This document shows, one piece after another, positions 11,500-22,561 of a stretch of DNA of 24,809 nucleotides (its first letter is position 1; each line of letters begins with the position of its first letter). Source of the DNA: Tubiluchus corallicola (Eukaryota > Animalia > Priapulida); contig JAQGDQ010001807.1 in NCBI GenBank assembly GCA_030141605.1, positions 1 to 24,809 of the forward strand, given 5' to 3'. The notes under the pieces were generated by a model. The model worked only from the letters and a program-made list of their open reading frames with translations. It was not told the DNA's origin and made no database searches. The position numbers and the translations under genes are program-made.

Positions 11500-11715
11500 T
11501 TTCAATGTAAACAATCGAGAAAGCATTGTTTACCTCAGCTACCTTCAATGCAAACAATCAAAACAGCATTGTTTACCTCAGCTACCTTCAATGCAAACAA
11601 TCAAGACAGCATTGTTTACCTCAGCCACCTTCAATGCAAACAATCAAGACAGCATTGTTTACCTCAGCCACCTTCAATGCAAACAATCAAGACAGCATTG
11701 TTTACCTCAGCCACC
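11500..11715. repeat. 43-bp minisatellite, 5 units, overlapping the LIN9 exon 3 donor
   Basis: TACCTCAG at 11531, 11574, 11617, 11660 and 11703. Confidence 0.93.
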
Positions 11716-11855
11716 TGCTCAGGTTCCGATAGGGAATCCAAACTCCTGTTTAGTTGTGTGGCTAGCACCTCCTCTTCCCTCTTCCTAACCTCTTTTTCTT
11801 GCTCATTCTTATTGCCAGAAAGTTTCAATTTTTTTCTGCTCCTCGAATGTCGACG
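11706..11855 (-). CDS. LIN9: LIN9 homologue, predicted exon 3 (RRHSRSRKKLKL...SEPEQVAE)
   Basis: Acceptor gcatttcag|CGT, donor GAG|GTAAAC, 150 nt open, phase 0-0, fitting between exons 2 and 4. Basic, NLS-like start. Little recognisable homology, so the call rests on splice sites and phase. Confidence 0.7.
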
Positions 11856-11871
11856 CTGAAATGCAAATTGC

Positions 11872-11944
11872 TTAAAGGAAGACTTACGATTTTTCATACA
11901 CTACCCCATTTTCAAGTCCGATAAAAAGTATACATTTTAACACA
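11872..11944 (+). repeat. Dispersed ~60-70-bp repeat, copy 2; possible Kolobok-like DNA transposon end
   Basis: Matches 8661-8734 and starts TTAA|AGG. Confidence 0.6.
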
Positions 11945-13291
11945 ATTAATACTGCAAAAGCGTTTCTGATAACTAAATAATAGATAAAAACTTAATTAAC
12001 AGCGGGTGAGTCCAACAATTAATGACGTCACAAACTAACATAATTTTCAACAGCAAAAATATTCCACGAGCGTGTTGCACGTGTTTGCGAAAGAGAAAAT
12101 TGAAGTACAGTGCTACTGTAAGATATTCAGTGTGTTGTACTAAAACTTGGCAAGTTTTAAGATAAAAATTCAAATTTCAACTTTACCACTGTGCTCACGC
12201 ATGAGCTGTCGAACGTGTGTAGTTTGTCACAAGCTAACACATCTGAACTGAGAGGTACAGCACCTGTTTTTGCGCAATGTGTTTCCGAAATGCAGGCACT
12301 ATTGCCCGTCTAACTAGCAAATGGCGAAATGCATGTAACAGCAAAGAACTAGTGGCATGAATGCGAAATTGTGTTTGTGTGGTAATAATTCTTTCACGTA
12401 AGTCATTTTTGAAAAAAATAGTATGTTTCCTTTCAATATTTTAAAGAGTACATTGTTTTGACCCACAGGTTTTGGTCCGGTTTTGCTTTAAACTCCATTC
12501 AAATCAAATCTGTTTTGCCATTAGAAACAGACCCACCACAAGTTCGTAGAATTCCCATCTATCAATAAACAATCAATATTATTCTGTTAAAGTGAAGGAA
12601 AGAGAATTTTAAAGCACGTCTCAAAAATCTTTCCATAAAATTATATTGCTTAGCATTACACTTACCTGTTTGATAGACATACGTAAATGAAAGAGAAAAT
12701 TCTTAATAATTCATAATCTTCCGGCCAATTCGTAAAATAACACTGTTTCAATATCCCATGTTGCACCAAAAACATCGTCACTGTTTCACCAAAAACCATT
12801 TTTTAATCATATTGACGAGATAAAGAAATTTGAACTTTTACTTAGTGAAAAGTAAGCTATACGAATGCTCTGATTATTATTCAAACTTCACGCAATGTTA
12901 TCTAAACTTTTTTCAAACGACCTACCATCAAAATGGCTGCATCTGATGGTCATTGTGGGAGTTTAAATTTATAAGTTTTATACAGTGTTACTACTAACAC
13001 AAGCATTGTATGCAATAACACCTTGTATGCAAGTGATACAAAATTTCAAGATGAATATGTGAAACCCTTATTTATGAAGCATGTTTTCTTGTGCTCTAAA
13101 CGAATCACATCAAATAAATGGGCCTAGTTTAAAAAATAAAACAGAGGTGTTCGACTATTCACTGTCTCCAGAAAGCATAACTTCCAACTGTTGAACACAA
13201 AACAAAAATTACCTGTCTTTAGTAACGGCATAGAAACAGAGACTTCATCTTAGAGTAGAGTTTTAAGACCATAATTTTGTTTTTTTTTTAC

Positions 13292-13476
13292 CTGTGTTTT
13301 GCTGATTTCAGATGCGCAGTTTATAGAATGCTCTCTTGTTGCGTCAGCCCGAGCTTGCAGCCGTGCTTGTATTCTCTTACTTGGTGAACGCAGCAAGGGT
13401 CTTCCGTGTGAATCAGTCGGAGACGAGATACACGTTTTACTAGTTTTCAGTGCAATGAGGGCATTAACAGTGTCGT
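13292..13476 (-). CDS. LIN9: LIN9 homologue, predicted exon 2 (NDTVNALIALKTSK...EISKTQ)
   Basis: Acceptor tttttatttcag|AC, donor CAG|GTAAAA, 185 nt open (phase 1 to 0). VNALIALK resembles the AKALVSLK motif I recall from the vertebrate LIN9 N-terminus. Confidence 0.75.
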
Positions 13477-14040
13477 CTGAAATAAAAATACCTCCTTTGT
13501 AGGTTGCCAATAATTTGCTATTGCCTATAGATAAGCAAATATTTAAACGTTGCAACACCAGCATTTAAAATGTTTATATAATCAGTGCGCATAACACTGC
13601 TAACTGACTGCAAACTACCCCAAAATTGAATCCGCAATACGCTTGTGAGTTTTGATGAAACTGGCCCGTTTACTTACAGATTGGGCAGAAAAAAACAGAA
13701 GCATGTGTACGCGGAAAAACGTGCTATGCAACGGCATTGGTGTCAAATTGTTGTACCGAACTAACGTTGTATAGGATTCTCTGCGCTTCGAAAAAATGGG
13801 GGCAGGCAGCTATTTATTTCCGGTGGAAAAAATGCTAATTTGCACCGAGCGCTCGCTCACTGCTACACAATGATGTAATCTCACACTAAGTAACACTAAC
13901 TAAATGCTGAATCCATTGCTTCCGTTGCCAGTTTAAATATTAAAACTAAATAAAAATAAATACAAGACGTTATAACTGCACGATTTTCCCTGTCATTTAA
14001 AACTAATTAGCGACCTTTAAGATAAAAATGAAAACTTTAC

Positions 14041-14059
14041 TTTCCAAAGTATCCGCCAT
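14041..14059 (-). CDS. LIN9: LIN9 homologue, predicted coding exon 1 (MADTLE + 1 nt)
   Basis: Minus strand reads AAAATGGCG GAT ACT TTG GAA A|GTAAAG: ATG in good context and a GT donor in phase 1 that matches the phase-1 acceptor at 13476. The exon is very short and was chosen by phase and position. Confidence 0.65.
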
Positions 14060-15039
14060 TTTCTCGGGTATCTGGAATTCCGGCATCCGAAACAAAACAT
14101 AGTATGGGAATATAAATCATGTTTTTTCCTGGAAATTCACCATCCACAACTACATGTTGAAATGAATAGCAGTGCATTAGAGTATGCAAACTTAAACAAT
14201 TAATAACTACTCATTCTCAATTTAATGTGCATGTCTGTTTATCTGCAAGACCCGCAAATAAGACATTTTTAAACCAGATGAACACCATTTGCATTCCAAT
14301 CCTAGCTGGATTATCTGCAATTCAATTCAATTTGTTTATTATCCGCAAGAATTATCAAAATACAGTTTTAAGAACGCATGCAATATCTGAAGCACTTGAA
14401 ATAAAGGAGAAGGGCAGAAAAGAACCCATAGGTTATCTAGTCAGACACCTTAAATAGCTAGGACTAAATAAAATCAATTTTGGCATCGCTTTCAATTTAA
14501 ATTTGTATTCGGTTGACGTGTGTAATTGACAATTAAATGATGAGAAACGTAATACTGTAGAATATAATAATTTAAATAACTAAAAATTTACAATTCTAAG
14601 ATACTATGAATCATGCACAATAAACCAAATAAAAATAGCTTGAAATTTTAACATAAAATAAAATACATAATTTGAGCATCGACTTCAAAATTCGGCAAAA
14701 AGAAACAAAAACCAGTAGAATGATCAACCAAAGATGTCGGGAAAAAGAATATAATAAATTAAACCAAAGAAAATAAGCTAAATATAAATCATACAAAAAC
14801 AAAAAAATAAGCAAATAAGAAAAAGCAACACTGAAATGTTGTAATAATAACATCAACTACTCAAGTTATCGAAAAAGAGAACATAATAAATTAAACCATC
14901 GAAAAACTAAGTTAGCTGTAAATAAGACTAAATGAAATCAAAATATAGTAAAAACTTAAACAAAAACTTAGTGTTGTAACAATGAAAAAAATATATAGGT
15001 ATTCCAAGTATATAAGTAAAAATATCTCATTCATTTGTA

Positions 15040-18000
15040 CCATGCAATAAGTTTAGAATTAACTTATTGTAGTTACTTGACTTTAGTTGATCTGATATAT
15101 GAATTCAACAGCAAAGATCCTTGGTGTTTTAAAGAATTCTGGCCTTTAGCTGAATAAAATCTTTTAATAAAATAAGATTGGGTAGTAGCAAACCTAGTAG
15201 AATGGTGATGCATGTGACATGCTAAAGTATAATAATTGCTGAAGAGATCTGGGAGTGAATTATTTTTGAATTTACATACAAACTTGACCAATTTTAATTG
15301 ATACAGATCATATACTTTCAGTAGATTTAATTGCAAATACAAAGGTGTTACATGTCCTCTTTTACTGATAAATGTTATAAGTTTGATAACCTCGCTTTGT
15401 TTAGAAACCAATGATTTTAAGACCAATGCTGAAGCAGTACCCCAGGCAAGAATGCCATAACTAAAATATGGCATGACAGGAGAAAAACATAAGAGCTGTA
15501 ATGCATCTACATTTATGTGTGTCGTATTCTAGCTAATACACCACTTAATTTGCTAATTTTGTTGACTATATGCTGTACATGTGTTTTCAAACTAATTCTA
15601 CTTTCTATAAATATACCAAGATATTTGATTTCTTGGGTAGGTTGAATATTACAATCTGCCATATTTATGTTTAACTATTGTTATGTTGCTTGTTTCTAAT
15701 TAACACGTACTTTGCTTTTTTATAATTTATTGATAGCTTATTTGCTTGCATCTATTTATTAATTTTGTCCAGTTCCACATTTACTGAATGTTCTAATGTT
15801 TTGATGTTTAGGTGTGATAAGAATAGGTTTGTATGGTCTGCAAACAATCTGGTGTTAAATTGAGAACAGGATGGCAGATCATTAATAACCTCGTCGGACA
15901 CCACAGGTTATATCAGCAAGTTTAGACTCTGAGGAGTCAATAGACGGAAACTGTTTCCTATTAGTGAGGTAAGACGTGAAAAGTGCAAGAAGACGCCCAA
16001 TGGGGGATAACTTATATACCAAAATGTCAGTCATGTTGTACCGTGTCGAATGCTTTCGACAAATCTAAAAATATAGCACAACTAGTTTTTCGACTATCAA
16101 TATTTGCTAAAAAGTTTCAATTATTTCTGACACAGCTAAACATGTAGAACGATTTTTTCCGAATCAAAATTGGAATTTAGTTAAAATTTGTTCTTTCAAA
16201 AGAAATTTAGCTAGCCTAGAGTAAATTAATTTTTCACAAATCTTTGATATGGCAGATAAGAGAGATATTGGCCTATAATTAGGGGGATTAGTGGGAGAAT
16301 CAGATTTGTAAATCGGGATTATTTTTGCAATTTTCAACACGTCAGGATAGATGCCCTCTTCTACACATTTATTGGTTAATAATGGAATTATGTAATAATG
16401 GAATTTAATAATGAAATTATGGTACATGTGTAATCTGAAATAAATTACTTATGAAAGTGCGATAAGGTACCACCAATGATAGTTTGGTATTAAAAATTGA
16501 GCTGTGCTTCAAAAAAATTGTATAAGACCGCTGCTGCCTTGAGATCTTGAACATAACTTGCACTATAATTATAACGCTCTAATTGAAATGCTATATACAA
16601 GGTTAAAGCCAATCCAATCAGCTCTGCATGCAGTATGGTGAGAGCCAAGCTGGCTTTTGCGAGTCGATAACCATACTGGCAGCATCTGTTGCCCTTGTTT
16701 ATTTAATAATAATAATTGAAAACGTCAATATACATTGAATAATTTATTATACATCTGATAAAATGTTATTCTGAGCTAAAAGAACGGCCAGTATTAAATT
16801 TGGTGAAATTTTAAAAAAATTGATTCCGGATGTTTTTGGGTCCTGCCAATTTTTTGGTTTTTAATGCAGCAATAGCAGAAGAAATTTCGTACTCGATAAT
16901 TGGTGCAAAAAGTAGTTCTGATTAAGCATTATAAGGAAAGAATCAAATGCTATTGGAGTAGGTGGTACTTTTTTGTCATATCAGAACCACCCGATGCAAA
17001 GTAATTATTCATGAATTCACATATAGCAGGGATTCCGTAATCTCAGCATGATCTATTACTAGTTTGGTTGGAGTTATGCGCTGCTTATTTATTCATTGAA
17101 CAAATCATTCACTGTTGCCCAAGTCTTTCTAATATTAGTTTCATTATCATGTAGTAAAGTAGTATAATAATTTCTTTTGGCTTCATTTACGAGATGATTA
17201 CGTTTTTTAGAAAATTATTTACATTGATTAATTTTTAAGATACTGGTTGTAGTCTTATAATCCTTGTATAAATTACCTTTTGTTTTTATTGATACAAGAA
17301 TACCTTTAGTTATCCATGGCTTAGAGAAAGTTACTTTTTCAGTTCTTGACAATGACTTAAGTGGGGCATGTTTATTAAGAGCTTCTTAATATTTTTGGAA
17401 AAAAGTAGAAAGTCAGAATTAGTTGGCATCTCGGAAAAGTCAACAGCATCGATCTTATTTTGCAAATCCTCTAAAAATGAATTCAAGGTAAAATTCCTGA
17501 TTTTAATTTTCTTTTTAACTATCAAGTTACCAATATTTTTAATAATAGCAAACACTGGTAGATGATCCGGCACTTCATAGAGTATAATACCAGATATAAT
17601 TGGATTAGATAGATTATTTGTACATATATGTTCAATAAGTGTCTGAGAATGATTGGTTATTCGAGTTGGCTGTGTTACTAATAGAAAAAAACTAATTAGA
17701 GTAAAGTAAATTCAAATAAACTGCAATAAATGTTTTCACTTCTATTTGCATAAGATTTAGATTAATATCGCCACAGATATAACAAGTCTTTCCTGACTTG
17801 TTAACGGCTGATAATATAGAGTCCATCTCGCTGTGAAAATGATGGACATTGGTAGTTAGTGTCGATAAATCACACCAAATGTGATTGGTTTCTTTTTACC
17901 AGGTACTTCAACATCAAGCCACATATCCTCAACTTGTATATGTGATTTTTGGGTAATGCTATTACCATTCTTACTTGTAGTTACTATTTCTGTATTACAA

Positions 18001-18252
18001 TTAATTTTGTACTCATCTTTTACTATATACCTCAAACCCGATTTAAGATATATAGCTATGTCACCAGCGCAAGTTTTAGAATCAACATGCAACAAAGTAT
18101 AGTTAGGTAACCTCATTATAAAAGATTAAGTTCGTTCAATCTTGTTTCCGATATTCCAATAATATCGGGAGGAACAGTAAAATGCATGAGTACGTTTAGC
18201 ATATTAGAAAACCTCTTCTGAATACTATTGAGATTAAAATGTACTAATAATA
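15040..18252 (-). mobile_element. Degenerate non-LTR retrotransposon ORF2 (APE endonuclease + reverse transcriptase), CR1/L2 group
   Basis: APE motifs HFNLNS, DIIGISET, GVIYRH and PDHLPVF; RT motifs KIAKIIPIYK, NYRPISLL, SYLTNRKQF and INDLP...LFADHT; C-terminal YFSYGILAWG. Many stops and frameshifts; the ends are approximate. Confidence 0.92.
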
Positions 18253-19059
18253 TTATGAAGATAATATAATTATAGCTTATTAGAATTATGAAGATAATAT
18301 ATTATAGTGTATTTATGAAGACTAATTAGCTTAGCCATTGCCACCATTAGTTCGTAAGTTGAACTCCCGAAGTAAACTTGTCTCTTAAGGCGACATAAGA
18401 GGGTATGCATGTGACGTGTTCTTATCTGTGGCTAACATTTTAATGTTTGGTCTTACTAAGATTTCCCTTATTATTTAAGCGGGCTCACCACGAGGTAGAA
18501 GTTACGTAATGTGGGATTTGCTTTGTTCAAATGGTTATCTAAACTGATGCTCATTTAATAAACGTTTGTTTTAGTATTCACTAACTTATCAACTGTTGTG
18601 GCTGTATCTTGCAAACGTTACAATGCATACCTGAGTTCTTGTAAGCAATGTAAAGGTACCTCACCAAACATTGTCCATTCATACAGTGACAAACCTCAGT
18701 GGTGGCACTATCCCAAATGGTAGAGTCCAGCATCGAAAAATGGCAAAAGAGAGCATGTGGCAGGCTCTGTCAAGACTGGCTTAACATGAATCACTGCTCA
18801 AAACCAACACATATTAGTCCATGCTTCAACGATCACCAAGCTGTAGCTCTACCATAAGCTTGTAACAGTAGCCAACAGATGGCAGCAGTCAGCAGAGCAG
18901 GACCAGCTAATAGTTTTCTAGAAGATAGTCATTATACCAAAAATAATAGATAAATAATAATCAGCTTGTTACAAACGAGTTAAAAACCATTTCATGTTAC
19001 ACAAAATTTGCACACATTAGTATAAAAATATGTCAAACTATAATAAAAGTTTTCAAGAA

Positions 19060-19179
19060 AAGGAAAGGATGAAGTTAAAACTTTTATTTTCTTTCCCTTT
19101 TTAGTTGTCGTTATTCTATCCAAATCTAATTTTTTTGATCTTATTATCTGTGATTATAGAGCATATATTATATTACACA
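19060..19179 (+). repeat. Left arm of a ~110-bp inverted repeat (partner at 23603-23715)
   Basis: AGTTAAAACTTTTATTTTCTTTCC...TATAGAGCATATATTATATTACACA is the reverse complement of 23603-23705 apart from small indels. Confidence 0.9.
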
Positions 19180-19552
19180 TTACATGTACATCACACTAAC
19201 ATGCACACACACACGCGCACACATTAAATGGTATAAAAATACACTACACTACATCACATATATTAAACTAAATAATACACATTAAATTTTAGATTTTACT
19301 TTTAAAATTGTTTTATATCGAAACTCACACGTTACATCATATAATAACACGACATCTAAAATTACATAAACTAAAAAGTTATTACAGTACTTTTTAAAAT
19401 GGTTTACTAATACTGTGTATAGATAATCTTCGGTACAGTATTTTAGAACAGTATTTATAATGGAAGCTTTAATTTAGTTTACAATATACAGGTCAACAAA
19501 ATAATAGACAGTTTTGCATCAATTTTGCACCCAAATGTTGTCTATGGATACA

Positions 19553-19682
19553 TACACTCAACCTTGGATATAAGGGACACCTCCAGAAAAAATCGTCCTT
19601 TATTAGTTGTCCCTCAAACCGAAGTTGAGTCAGACCAAGTGTAGACCTGTACTTTTACCCATATTTTTATGGATTATTGCTA
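19553..19682 (+). mobile_element. Truncated MITE end, same family as 6772-7182
   Basis: TACACTCAACCTTGGATATAAGGGACA...CCGAAGTTGAGTCAGAC...ACCCATATTTTTATGGATTATTGCTA aligns to the reverse complement of ~7038-7182. Confidence 0.75.
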
Positions 19683-21839
19683 CGTATGAGTGTTCATGTG
19701 TCTGAGAAGACTACCTCGCTCAGAAAATGATTTGTCACATAAATCACATTTGTGGGATTTCATTCCAGTATGAGTGTTCATGTGACTAAGAAGATGACCT
19801 CGCTGAGAAAATGATTTGTCACATAAGTCACATTTGTGGGGTTTCATTCCAGTATGAGTGTTCATGTGCGTGAGAAGATTACCTCGCTGAGCAAATGATT
19901 TGTCACATAAGTCACATTTGTGGGGTTTCATTCTAGTATGAGTGTTCATGTGACTAAGAAGATGACCTCGCGCAGAAAATGATTTGTCACATAAGTCACA
20001 TTTATGGGGTTTCATGCCAGTATGAGTGTTCTGGTGCATGAGAAGACTACATCGCGCAGAAAATGATTTGTCACATAAGTCACATTTGTGGGGTTTCATT
20101 CCAGTATGAGTGTTCATGTGCCCAAGAAGATGATGATGGCGAGAAAATGATTTGTCACATAAGTCACATTTATGGGGTTTCATGCCAGTATGAGTGTTCT
20201 GGTGCATGAGAAGACTACATCGCGCAGAAAATGATTTGTCACATAAGTCACATTTGTGGGGTTTCATTCCAGTATGAGTGTTCTGGTGCACGAGAAGACT
20301 ACATCGCGCAGAAAATGATTTGTCACATAAGTCACATTTATGGGGTTTCATTCCAGTATGAGTGTTCATGTGCCCAAGAAGATGATGATGGCGAGAAAAT
20401 GATTTGTCACATAAGTCACATTTATGGGGCTTCATTCCAGTATGAGTGTTCACGTGAATGAGAAGACTACCTCGCCGAGAAAATGATTTGTTACATAAGT
20501 CACATTTGTGGTGTCTCATTCCAGTATGAGTGTTCATGTGCCTGATAAGACTACATCGCGCAGAAAATGATTTGTCACATAAGTCACATTTGTGGGGTTT
20601 CATTCCAGTATGAGTGTTCATGTGCTGAAGAAGATGATGATGGTGAGAAAATGATTTGTCACATAAGTCACATTTATGGGGCTTCATTCCAGTATGAGTG
20701 TTCATGTGAATGAGAAGACTACCTCGCCGAGAAAATGATTTGTTACATAAGTCACATTTATGGGGCTTCATTCCAGTATGAGTGTTCATGTGCCCAAGAA
20801 GATGATGATGGCGAGAAAATGATTTGTCACATAAATCACATTTATGGGGCTTCATTCCAGTATGAGTGTTCATGTGAATGAGAAGACTACCTCGCCGAGA
20901 AAATGATTTGTCACATAAATCACATTTATGGGGCTTCATTCCAGTATGAGTGTTCATGTGAATGAGAAGACTACCTCGCCGAGAAAATGATTTGTTACAT
21001 AAGTCACATTTGTGGGGTTTCATTCCAGTATGAGTGTTCATGTGCCTGAGAAGACTACTTCGCTGAGAAAATGATTTGTCACACAAGTCACATTTGTGGG
21101 GTTTCATTCCAGTATGAGTGTTCATGTGCTTGAGAAGACTACCTCGCTCAGAAAATTATTTGTCACATAAGTCACATTTGTGAGGTTTCATTCCAGTGTG
21201 AGTGTTCATGTGCCTGAGAAGATGACCTCGCTGAGAAAATGATTTGTCACATAAGTCACATTTGTGGGTTTTCATTCCAGTATGAGTATTCATGTGCTTG
21301 AGAAGACTACTTCCCTCAGAAAATGATTTGTCACATAAGTCACATTTGTGAGGTTTCATTCCAGTATGAGTGTTCATGTGCCTGAGAAGATTACCTTGCA
21401 GAGAAAAATATTTGCCACATAAGTCACATTTGTTGGGTTTCATTCCAGTATGAGTGTTCATGTGCTTGAGAAGATTACCTCGCCGAGAAAATGATTTGTC
21501 ACATAAGTCACATTTGTGGGGTTTCATTCCAGTATGAGTGTTCAAGTGCTAAAGAAGATTACCTCGCTGAGAAAACGATTTGTCACATAAGTCACATTTG
21601 TTGGGTTTCATTCCAGTATGAGTGTTCATGTGACTAAAAAGATGACTTTACTAAGAAAAGGGTTTCATTCTTGTGTAATGTTCAGGTTTCTTGCACGACA
21701 TGCTTCAATAGCAAAAATATTTTTTGTTCTGCACATAGCTGCAAGCTTTAAGTACGTTTATCCACAACTGCCGATACTCGGTTTCCTAAGATTGTAGATC
21801 ACAGTTGCGAGACTTCAATTCACGTGCAGAAGGCAACGA
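19680..21839 (-). pseudogene. Tandem C2H2 zinc-finger exon, about 23 fingers plus eroded 5' fingers, disrupted
   Basis: 84-bp units encoding [28 protein letters not shown]. There are 17 uninterrupted fingers in 19680-21125, in-frame stops at 21156-21158 (TAA) and 21549-21551 (TAG), and a partly deleted finger near 21650. Candidate acceptor tttcttttcaatatag at 21840. The 17-finger ORF alone could still be translated. Confidence 0.8.
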
Positions 21840-21912
21840 CTATATTGAAAAGAAACCAAAAATAAAATTTACAGTTAATAATGCAGCATCCATATTGAGC
21901 GCGTTATTATTA

Positions 21913-22472
21913 CAGTAAAAGTCCTCATAACTGGTGATCAAACAACTCAAATTTTCAACTAACTCAAAGAATTTCAGCCGAAAGGATGAAATCCTTCGTT
22001 GTTCCCGCAAAAAACATCAACTAACTCAAATTTTTGCCTAACTCAAATAAAAAATTATGGTCCATTTAATCAAAAAACAGGTAAACTTACTTCTCCTAAC
22101 TAAAAAAATGCAATTTATACTCCAGAAAAATGAAACAGTTTTGTACAACTAAAAAACAGTATCGTCTTCCGGGAAAATTCTGATAAGTCGTGCCCCCACT
22201 CCCAATTATTTTCTCCGGGATAGATCTTTGCGTGTTGTTCATATGTCCTCTTCCAACATAAAAAATCGTGTTTCACTACATAAATTGTTATTTTTTGTAT
22301 AATTGTCATCAAATCTCGTCATTTATGTCTAGAAGGGTCGACTTTCTGTCTTCTATTTAGCTCGCCATCTGGAGGAGAGGTTTAGAGTTTCTCTGTTGGA
22401 AAATGGTAGACATAACCAAACTCAAAAGGTTTTTTTCAGTCCGTTTAAATTTGAGTTATGGAGATTTTACTG
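21913..22472. mobile_element. Tc1/mariner-pogo-type MITE, about 560 bp, TA target duplication
   Basis: TA|CAGTAAAAGTCCTCATAACT at the left and AGTTATGGAGATTTTACTG|TA at the right form imperfect TIRs; repeated AACTCAAA subterminal motifs. Confidence 0.8.
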
Positions 22473-22561
22473 TATAACTATGCAACAGGTTTCAACTTAA
22501 TAATAGAAAGGTGCAAACTGAAACTACATTTTAACAAAAGACTAGAACTTAACTTATCAAA

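Noticed and set aside
13213-13248. Possible extra 36-nt LIN9 exon (AG...CAG|GTAATT)
   Set aside because: It has a stop in the required phase 0 and would need a 43-nt intron.
14227-14856. Short ORFs between LIN9 and the LINE
   Set aside because: Low-complexity A/T-rich translations with no motifs or supporting splice structure.
15925-15956. Hammerhead-like CTGAGGA-GTC-AATA-GAC-GGAAAC
   Set aside because: Has an extra base in the core, I found no convincing stems I and III, and it is the antisense of LINE RT coding sequence (RKQFPSIDSSES).
19680-21839. Naming the zinc-finger array PRDM9
   Set aside because: No PR/SET, KRAB or SSXRD sequence is visible; only the pattern of variation is similar.
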